Assembly: GCA_026395675.1 (NCBI GenBank)
Contig: JAPLYF010000084.1
Span: forward strand, 1 to 45,239
Direction: 5' to 3'
Source of the DNA: Candidatus Parcubacteria bacterium
GTDB lineage: Bacteria > Patescibacteriota > Patescibacteriia > CAIXNZ01
DNA: 45,239 nt
Both the position numbers and the translations under genes were made by a program. The notes beneath the pieces are model-generated. The model saw nothing but the letters and a program-made list of their open reading frames with translations, was not told the DNA's origin and ran no database searches. Shown one piece after another: positions 38,389 through 45,239 of this stretch (positions are counted from its first letter, which is position 1; each line of letters starts with the position of its first letter).

Positions 38389-38453
38389 CTAAGGTGGCTA
38401 AGTAAAGTAAGGATTAAGCTAGCTTACCCAGCTTAATTTACTTACCCAGCTTA
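38389..38453. repeat. Inverted tandem 9-bp-period repeats upstream of leuS
   Basis: ctaaggtgg ctaagtaaa gtaagg ... agcttaccc agcttaatt tacttaccc agctta. Confidence 0.55.
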
Positions 38454-38656
38454 CAAGCTATAACCAAATTTTACGCTAAAATTAAAATTTTTTCAAATTT
38501 AAAAAATCGGCCACAACAGGAATTACCCCTTTAGGGGTTTATATAAAAGACTGAAGCCTAAACTCCTTTCCGAACCGATTTTTTTTCAAATTTAAAAACC
38601 CCGCGCTTTCTTTCAAAAACACGGGGGTAAGAGTACAAGAATACAAAGATTCAAGT

Positions 38657-39358
38657 TTACGAAACCGCGGCACGGGCGCGCAGGCGTCCATCAGCAGAGC
38701 CAGGGCGGCAGTAGTCGACGTCCATCTCGTCACCGTGCCAGCGGACGCAAGGAACAGTGCCATCGGAATCGCGCGAACCCGAACAAAAAGTTGCGTTCTT
38801 GATGTCCAAATGTTTGCCTGTTCGCCAATGATAGAAAACTTCCAGAAACAGGCGCTCCTCAAGGGTGATGCCGTTAATTCCTTCTTTGGCGCAGTCATTC
38901 GCCGACTTGTTCTTATTTTCTTCGTCGGCCTCAATGCGATCACGCACAGAAATAGCATAAGTCTTTTCGGTGGTGCGCACTGACTTGATGGCGTTCAGAT
39001 CATTGGTGTAGCGCCAAACCGCAAAACGTTTCTTGCACTCGTCAAAGAGACGATTCGCGGTCAGGCCTTGGAGCATGACAGTCAGCCAGTTGAATCCTTC
39101 TTTTTTCTCGGGGATTGATAAGTCTGAGAAGTCCACTGTAAGGCCAAAAACTTCCAGGTAAAAACGTTCCAATTCTCTGCGTGGGTCTGGAATGACAAGC
39201 GCTTTGGCCAGGGTAGCCTGCAGTTCACTCTGGTTTTTAATCCAGTACTGCATTTCCTCCGGAGTCAGGTGCGGCGCCTGCTTAAGCAAAGCCGCTCCAA
39301 ACTCCAGTGCTTGCCTTGTCGTATCCTGTTTTTGCGGGACGGTACCATGTTTTTTCAT
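38657..39358 (-). CDS. Hypothetical protein resembling a CPR DGR target (C-terminal variable region)
   Basis: ITLEERL..LD..T.CSGSR.SDG.VP.V.W....V....P..A...LRARAAVS; AAGGAGG SD. Confidence 0.7.
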   Translation of the reverse strand: MKKHGTVPQKQDTTRQALEFGAALLKQAPHLTPEEMQYWIKNQSELQATLAKALVIPDPRRELERFYLEVFGLTVDFSDLSIPEKKEGFNWLTVMLQGLTANRLFDECKKRFAVWRYTNDLNAIKSVRTTEKTYAISVRDRIEADEENKNKSANDCAKEGINGITLEERLFLEVFYHWRTGKHLDIKNATFCSGSRDSDGTVPCVRWHGDEMDVDYCRPGSADGRLRARAAVS

Positions 39359-39503
39359 GGACGGTTCCCTCCTTCCGCGTATTAGCTCGCCAGCTTTCTT
39401 TACCTGACAAAATCAGGTTTTAATAATTAATTATTACAAATTAAAATTATTCTGTCAATCCTTTTTACCTAAAATTAAAAATTTTTCAACTTAAAGTACA
39501 TAT

Positions 39504-39591
39504 AAAAATCAGCCCGCGCCGGAATGACACATTTTAATGTGTTACTGTAACAGACTAAAGTCTGTCATTCCGTTCCCTTGGGCTGATTTTT
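39504..39591. repeat. Nested branched palindrome within a terminator-like hairpin
   Basis: AAAAATCAGCCC..CGGAATGACA..TGTCATTCCG..GGGCTGATTTTT with three inner mini-hairpins. Confidence 0.65.
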
Positions 39592-39989
39592 TATATTAAA
39601 TTTTCTGTCTCCACCATAATGCATTTGCCTTCCATAATTTTAAACCCAGCGCTTTGGGCCATATTAATTGCATCTCTAAATTCCGAACCTGGCTGAAACC
39701 ATAAACGGTTTAATTTTAAATCCAGGCATTCTTTAACGATTTTTTGGGCATTTTCCCTGCCAACGATTAAAACCACTACATCAGGCCTTTCCTCCATGGA
39801 AATTAAATCGGGAACACAAAGCAAACCAGCCACTTCTTCATACTTAGGATTAACAGGTACAACCTTAAAACCCTTATTTTTTAAATCAACTAAAACCCTA
39901 TACCCATATTTTTTCTTATTGGCAGTGGCGCCCACAATGGCGTAAATAAAATCTTTGTTGATGAAATCTTTGATTTGCGCTTCTTCCAT
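39591..39989 (-). CDS. CoA-binding protein (YccU-like)
   Basis: AIVGAT..KYGY..VPVNP, WFQPG, GKCIMVE. Confidence 0.88.
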   Translation of the reverse strand: MEEAQIKDFINKDFIYAIVGATANKKKYGYRVLVDLKNKGFKVVPVNPKYEEVAGLLCVPDLISMEERPDVVVLIVGRENAQKIVKECLDLKLNRLWFQPGSEFRDAINMAQSAGFKIMEGKCIMVETENLI

Positions 39990-40102
39990 AAAATTCAATC
40001 TTAAATCATATATCTTAAATCTTACATCTTATAAACATTTTACCAAATTCCCAGCAAAAAACAAAAACACGCCATTATGACGTGTTAAAGAAATAGTAGA
40101 TA

Positions 40103-40372
40103 TTAATTTGTTCTTTTCAGTCCTTTTAAAAGGGGGATCTTCTCCATTTCTTCTGCCAGACCCGAGACTGCATTGCTCATATCTCTGGTGATAATAAAAT
40201 CAGCAACTTTGTCATTTTGCTTGCAAATTTCGCAGCTTGCGGAATGTTCAAGAAGAATGTCCCATTCGTCTTCTGTTAATTTATTTAATGGCTTCCCTAT
40301 ATCTGCCAACAGATTGTTTTTTTCTTCGCACGGCCACACGGCATCTTTTTCATCTCTAATTATATTTGCCAT
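40103..40372 (-). CDS. Hypothetical protein with zf-HC2/ZAS-like HxxxCxxC motif
   Basis: PCEE..L..E...LEHSASCEICK; AGGAGG SD. Confidence 0.6.
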   Translation of the reverse strand: MANIIRDEKDAVWPCEEKNNLLADIGKPLNKLTEDEWDILLEHSASCEICKQNDKVADFIITRDMSNAVSGLAEEMEKIPLLKGLKRTN

Positions 40373-40456
40373 CTGCGCCTCCTTTTTTGATTTTTTAGCT
40401 TAGCAAATTACTGGGTTCTTGTCAATCATTAGTTCTAAAATATAAAAAAATATTCC

Positions 40457-40490
40457 AAAATTAAAAATTAAAAATTAAAAATTAAAAATT
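40457..40490. repeat. Tandem heptamer (AAAAATT)x5
   Basis: Direct reading, just downstream of trxB stop. Confidence 0.7.
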
Positions 40491-40493
40491 TAC

Positions 40494-41450
40494 CTATTTC
40501 TTCCCCCAGTCAAAAATCGCCCCTTTCACTCCCTTAATATCCTGGATGTACTTATACGCAGTCAAAGCCGCCTTGGCGCCTTCGGCCGCGGAGATTACAA
40601 TTTGCTTAAATTTTATGTTGGTTACATCGCCCGCAGCCAGAACTCCTGCCAAACTTGTCTGACACTGCTCATCAATTATAATTTCATTATTTTCATTTAA
40701 TTTAACCAGCTCTTTAATTGGCGTAGCATCAACAGTGTGGCCGATTTCAATAAAAATACCGTCTAATTTTAATTCTTCTTGGGCTTTAGTTTTAACATCT
40801 TCAATGACCATGCCTTTAACAAATTTGTCACCTTTAATTTCAGTCACAATTTTATTTAATTTTAATTCAATATTTGGGTCTGACTTAATTCTTTCAATTA
40901 AAATTGCCTCACCTCTAAATTCTTCCCGGCGGTGGATCAAAAAAACTTTTTGCGCGATCTTTGCCAAATAATCAGCTGATTCCAGGGCAGAATTGCCGCC
41001 CCCCACCACAGCCACAATTTTATTCTTAAATAATGGGCCATCGCAAGTCGCGCAGTAGGCAACTCCCTTGCCCGTAAATTCTTTTTCACCAGGCACCTGC
41101 AAATTGCTGGGAGTTTTGCCAAAAGCTAAAATTATGGCCAAGGAAAGGTACTCATTGTTGTGTGCGGTTTTAATTTGAAAATGATTATTTGTTTTTTCAA
41201 TTTTAACAATTTCTTCATATTTAAACTGGCAGGCAAATTTTTCCGCCTGCTTTTGGAATTTTTGCATTAATTCATAGCCATTGACTTTATCAAAACCAGG
41301 ATAATTTTCCACCCAGCTCGCACTGCTAGCTTGACCGCCAATATCTTTGGTTAAAATTAAGGTTTTTAAATTGCGGCGCGAAGCATAAATACCGGCAGTT
41401 AAGCCGGCTGGACCGCCGCCAATAATGATTAAGTCGTATTGTTCTGCCAT
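40494..41450 (-). CDS. trxB: Thioredoxin reductase
   Basis: GGGPAGLTA, CATCDG, GGGNSA, AAGDV. Confidence 0.95.
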   Translation of the reverse strand: MAEQYDLIIIGGGPAGLTAGIYASRRNLKTLILTKDIGGQASSASWVENYPGFDKVNGYELMQKFQKQAEKFACQFKYEEIVKIEKTNNHFQIKTAHNNEYLSLAIILAFGKTPSNLQVPGEKEFTGKGVAYCATCDGPLFKNKIVAVVGGGNSALESADYLAKIAQKVFLIHRREEFRGEAILIERIKSDPNIELKLNKIVTEIKGDKFVKGMVIEDVKTKAQEELKLDGIFIEIGHTVDATPIKELVKLNENNEIIIDEQCQTSLAGVLAAGDVTNIKFKQIVISAAEGAKAALTAYKYIQDIKGVKGAIFDWGKK

Positions 41451-41467
41451 AGTTTTATAATGTTATT

Positions 41468-41577
41468 TGAACCACGAAAATTTTTTCATCCCGAAGGGAT
41501 CCCTTTGGGACGAAATACACTAAATAAAGTTGAGTCCTTTTCGTGTAATTTCGTGCCAATATTTCGTGGTTCCGTTA
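41468..41577. repeat. Second copy (inverted) of the MITE-like element with 22-bp insert (41489-41510)
   Basis: TGAACCACGAAA..TTTCGTGGTTC terminal inverted repeats; matches 19891-20012. Confidence 0.8.
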
Positions 41578-41901
41578 TCAAATTATCTTTTCTAACTTAG
41601 ATTTTAAACCGTCCAAAGTTTGCGCTCCCACCCATTCTTCAATCACCTGTCCATTTTTAAAAATCTTAAAAGCCGGTATGGACATTATATCATACTTTTG
41701 CGCCAGATCCTGATTTTCATCAACATTGCATTTGGCGATTTTAATGTCTTTACCCTCAAATTCTTTGGCTAATTGTTCTAAAATTGGCACCATCATTTTG
41801 CAGGGACCGCACCATTCTGCCCAAAAATCAACTAAAACAGGAATATTGCTCTTTAAAACTTCTTCTTCAAAGTTAGCTATAGTTAATTTAATTTCAGGCA
41901 T
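41578..41901 (-). CDS. trxA: Thioredoxin
   Basis: VDFWAEWCGPC; ATG 41901 preferred. Confidence 0.96.
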   Translation of the reverse strand: MPEIKLTIANFEEEVLKSNIPVLVDFWAEWCGPCKMMVPILEQLAKEFEGKDIKIAKCNVDENQDLAQKYDIMSIPAFKIFKNGQVIEEWVGAQTLDGLKSKLEKII

Positions 41902-42003
41902 AACTATTGACAAAATTTATTAATTATGCTATAATTTATTTATCTAAACAAAATTTGATCTTTCCAATTTTAACGTTAATTTAGCCAAAAAGGAGAAGAA
42001 ATA

Positions 42004-42561
42004 ATGCTAAAAAAGTATAGTTGGTTAACTCCCTCAGTTTTTGAGGAGTTATATTGGCCATATCTAGTCCTGGCCATCTTCCCGGTTACTGCATTCTTTG
42101 CCTCACCCTTGCCTTTGTTTTTGGTCCTTGCCTCTATAATCGCCATGAATTTGGCAAAGATTGAAGAGGAAAAGCAAAATAGGTTTAAAAGGGCCAAGCA
42201 ATACAGAGAGAACCGGGAGAAAGAACTGCAGGCCGAAAATGCTGAGCTGGCAAAAAATGGTTTAGCGCTAATACCGCCGTTTAATTTCGGCCCTCTGGAA
42301 ATCCGGTACAAGGCGATCATCATGGATGCCCTGCGCGATTTAACAAAGTACTTCTTCGCCGGACTGGTTTGCTACAGCGCAGGGAAAATTGTCCATTTCC
42401 TTTTTACCGGTATGGGGATCTTTTCAACGGTCCTATTCGCTTACGTCAAGATACTTACGGTTCTTCTACTGGGCGCGACCTCAATCGTTCTTTTATTCCT
42501 CTTACTCCTCTGGCTATCAGACAAGGCCTACGAATTCACTATTAACAAATCCGAGGGCTAA
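42004..42561 (+). CDS. Hypothetical membrane protein
   Basis: Several hydrophobic segments, AGGAG SD, TTGACA-17 nt-TATAAT promoter at about 41907-41935. Confidence 0.65.
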   Translation: MLKKYSWLTPSVFEELYWPYLVLAIFPVTAFFASPLPLFLVLASIIAMNLAKIEEEKQNRFKRAKQYRENREKELQAENAELAKNGLALIPPFNFGPLEIRYKAIIMDALRDLTKYFFAGLVCYSAGKIVHFLFTGMGIFSTVLFAYVKILTVLLLGATSIVLLFLLLLWLSDKAYEFTINKSEG

Positions 42562-42582
42562 GGGCTAAGAGCAAATACGCTA

Positions 42583-42618
42583 GGCGATCTATATATCTAT
42601 ATGGGTCGCCCTTTTTTT
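42583..42618. terminator. Terminator between convergent genes
   Basis: GGCGATCTATATA..TATATGGGTCGCC followed by T run. Confidence 0.6.
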
Positions 42619-44602
42619 ATATTTTTTTAATTATTTTTTCTTCTTGATATAAATTAAGCACATCACCAACCTTGATTTCTTGTTTACCCAAAAATTTTAG
42701 ACCGCACTCCTGGCCTTCAACTACTTCAGTAACTTTTTCTTTGCCTACCTGAACTTCGGCAATTTCACCCGTGGTGATAAATTCTTTCTTTCTATAGACA
42801 TCAGCTTTCAAATCTTTGCTCACTTTACCCTGCAGAACTTTACAGCCCAAAATCATTCCCCGCTCTTCGGTTTTGAAAATAACCTTTACTTCAGCTTTGC
42901 CGATCTCTTTTTTAATAATTTCTGGCTCTAAGAGAGCTGACAATTTTTCCTTAATATCCCCAAGTAATTTATAAATAACATTGTAATATTTTATTTCTAC
43001 TTTTTTGTCTCGGGCTAATTCCTCTGCTAAAGATGAGGCCTTAACATGAAAACCTATGATCAAGGCATTACTTGTTGTTGCCAAATCAATATCATTATCA
43101 GTAATATTGCCCAGTCCTTTGCCAATTATTACGGCTTTAACTTCTTTACTTTCTATTTTTTCAATCGACTCAGCAATAACTTCTAAAGAACCAAGCACAT
43201 CCGCTCTAATAATTATATTTAATTTCTTGACTCCTTCCTCTTCTTTTTCCTTGGGCATTATAAGCCGGCTAGCTAAAGATTCGCCTTTAAGCACTTCATG
43301 AACATTAAATTTCTTATGTTTTCTGGCTATCTCGCCCTTGACTTCAAGAATGTCACCGACTTTGGGCGGCATTTTTAAGCCAATAATTTTTACTGGCGTA
43401 GAAGGACCGGCAAATTCAATATCTTTATTAGTATAATCTTTCAAGGCTCTTGCTTTGCCATAATAAATATCATCTATACACAATTTGTCATTTAATTTTA
43501 AACTGCCATTCTGGATCAAAACAGTAGCCACTGGTCCTTCGCCCTTATCAATGTGGGACTCTATAATTGTCCCAACTGCCTCGCTGTTCGGATTAGCTAA
43601 AATCTTATCTTTTTCCATTTCACTCAGCAGTATAATTGTTTCCATCAGCTCATCCAGGCCAATATTTTCTTTAGCTGAGATTGGCACACAAATTGTCTTG
43701 CCTCCCCAATCCTCAGGTATTAAATTTAGAGAGCTTAAATCTTTTTTAACTTTTTCAATATTGGCTTCTGGCAAATCAATCTTATTTATCGCCACAATAA
43801 AGGGGATTTTTGCTTGCTGTATTATTTTGATTGCTTCGAGAGTTTGCGGCTTAACACTGTCATTGGCAGCGACTACTAAAATAGCCAGATCCGCAGCTTT
43901 GGCCCCTCTTGAACGCATGGCAGTAAAGGCCTCGTGTCCTGGCGTATCAATAAAGGTTATGAGATGGCCTTTCTTTTTCACCTGGTAAGCGCCGATGTGC
44001 TGCGTTATGCCGCCTGCTTCGCCCGCCACCACATTTGTTTTTCTGATCGTATCCAATAATTTGGTTTTGCCATGATCAACATGACCCATCACCACAACTA
44101 CTGGCGGCCTGGCTTTCAAGAATTTTTTGTCTTCTTTTTCAAGAATCTGCTTGATTTTTTCTCCGGCTAATTCTCCCCTGACTACCTCTTCAGCTAAAGA
44201 TATTTTAATGCCAAAGTCATCAGCAATTATTGAAGCAGTATCAAAATCAATCTTTTCATTTAATGAAGATAAAATCCCATTTTTCATTAAGGCCTTAATC
44301 ACCTCGTTGACTGGCTTGGCTATTATTTTGGCAAAATCCCTGACCGTAATGACTGCTGGGATTTCTACCTTTTTTATTTCTGCCTCTGCTACCTCTCCTA
44401 ATTCCTCTAATTCCTGCAATTTAGTTTTTTTATCTGCTTCGATTTTTTCTTTAATTTTTAGACCGATGGCTAAAATTTTTCGAGCCACCTTGTCATCTAT
44501 TTTAATTGCTCTCTTCCCAAAATCAAATCCAAATTCTGGCAAAACCTCCAAAAGTTCGCTGGTTGTGACTTTAATTTTTCTAGCTACTTCGGTAACGTTC
44601 AT
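42617..44602 (-). CDS. infB: Translation initiation factor IF-2
   Basis: [34 protein letters not shown]. Confidence 0.98.
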   Translation of the reverse strand: MNVTEVARKIKVTTSELLEVLPEFGFDFGKRAIKIDDKVARKILAIGLKIKEKIEADKKTKLQELEELGEVAEAEIKKVEIPAVITVRDFAKIIAKPVNEVIKALMKNGILSSLNEKIDFDTASIIADDFGIKISLAEEVVRGELAGEKIKQILEKEDKKFLKARPPVVVVMGHVDHGKTKLLDTIRKTNVVAGEAGGITQHIGAYQVKKKGHLITFIDTPGHEAFTAMRSRGAKAADLAILVVAANDSVKPQTLEAIKIIQQAKIPFIVAINKIDLPEANIEKVKKDLSSLNLIPEDWGGKTICVPISAKENIGLDELMETIILLSEMEKDKILANPNSEAVGTIIESHIDKGEGPVATVLIQNGSLKLNDKLCIDDIYYGKARALKDYTNKDIEFAGPSTPVKIIGLKMPPKVGDILEVKGEIARKHKKFNVHEVLKGESLASRLIMPKEKEEEGVKKLNIIIRADVLGSLEVIAESIEKIESKEVKAVIIGKGLGNITDNDIDLATTSNALIIGFHVKASSLAEELARDKKVEIKYYNVIYKLLGDIKEKLSALLEPEIIKKEIGKAEVKVIFKTEERGMILGCKVLQGKVSKDLKADVYRKKEFITTGEIAEVQVGKEKVTEVVEGQECGLKFLGKQEIKVGDVLNLYQEEKIIKKI

Positions 44603-44607
44603 ATTTA

Positions 44608-44700
44608 CTAAAATTCAAAAATAAAAATTACAATTCAAAATCCAAAATTTTAATTTTTAAACTGTAATTTTGCACTTTAAACTTTAAATTTTAAATTTAA
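44608..44700. repeat. Inverted tandem heptamer-like repeats upstream of infB
   Basis: ctaaaat tcaaaaa taaaaat tacaat tcaaaat ccaaaat ... tgtaattttgcactttaaactttaaattttaa. Confidence 0.5.
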
Positions 44701-44986
44701 TACTTATTAAATAATATACTTTTAACTAGTAAAAGTCAATTAAACGCGGTCTTGCAAAAAAAAAGAATCCATGCTAAACTAAAATCACTAATAAATAAAC
44801 AAATAGAGATAGGGATTTTTCTCAAAGAGTCACAATTTCATTTGACTGCGACTGATTAAACTTAAAAATGAACTCATATAAGCAAACTTTACCATCATTT
44901 AAAAAAAATCGATTAAGCACTGACCTAATCGATCTCTCTTAGGTTCCTTTTATCAATCCTTCCCTCTATTTTCTTATAGGAGAACT

Positions 44987-45239
44987 ATGGACAGCTTAAA
45001 TTTTATTATTTCAGCAATAGCTATCGTTGCTGGTTTTGTTATTGGCTATTTTGTGCGCAAATACATTGCTAAAAGAGAAATCGAAGGCGCTGAAGCCAAG
45101 GCCGAACATTTAATCAATGAGGCCAAAAATAAACAAAAAGAAATTTTACTTCAGGCCAGGGACAAGGCCTTAAAAATTATCGATGATGCCAAAAGAGAAG
45201 AGCAGCAAAGGCGCAACGAATTAGTGCATATCCAGCAAA
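44987..45239 (+). CDS. rny: Ribonuclease Y, N-terminal part (truncated by window end)
   Basis: TM helix ..GFVIGYFVRK then coiled coil AEAKAEHLINEAK..KEILLQARD; AGGAG SD. Confidence 0.8.
   Translation, partial: MDSLNFIISAIAIVAGFVIGYFVRKYIAKREIEGAEAKAEHLINEAKNKQKEILLQARDKALKIIDDAKREEQQRRNELVHIQQ

Noticed and set aside
25424..39358. Complete DGR (four-helix bundle as Avd plus target gene)
   Set aside because: The genes are 13 kb apart, no RT or TR was seen, and the four-helix protein looks like the generic IVP family.
2351..44624. Many plus-strand ORFs antisense to ribosomal and housekeeping genes, and minus-strand ORFs inside the ATPase gene
   Set aside because: Shadow ORFs fully overlapping well-supported genes, with no motifs.

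Overview
AT-rich bacterial chromosome segment with the hallmarks of a Patescibacteria/CPR (Parcubacteria-like) genome: no rpmD between rpsE and rplO, SD-less housekeeping genes, split ComEC and Lys-rich r-protein tails. The left 19 kb is the minus-strand str/S10/spc cluster (rpsL to adk), interrupted by a MazG-like gene, an HD-GYP-like gene and a hypothetical gene. The rest holds rpmB, two intact tRNA-Pro genes, a DedA/PAP2 fusion, a P-type ATPase, four-helix-bundle and GIY-YIG genes, an L,D-transpeptidase, ndk, comEC, a large surface protein, leuS, trxAB, infB and the start of rny. The main unexplained signal is a population of tiny (18-37 bp) GC-rich palindromic elements with covarying stems. 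They insert without target duplication into intergenic repeats, in frame into rplX (and probably rpsQ), and into or in place of the arms of tRNA-Pro fragments clustered around both tRNA-Pro genes and a small GIY-YIG nuclease gene. Other observations: inverted tandem-repeat hairpins with and without a four-helix-bundle gene, an orphan DGR-target-like gene, an 8-unit phased DnaA-box-like array, two tandem attenuator-like leader peptides and a probable rplV frameshift. No CRISPR array, rRNA, integrase, transposase or reverse transcriptase was seen. All calls are by eye; no searches were run.
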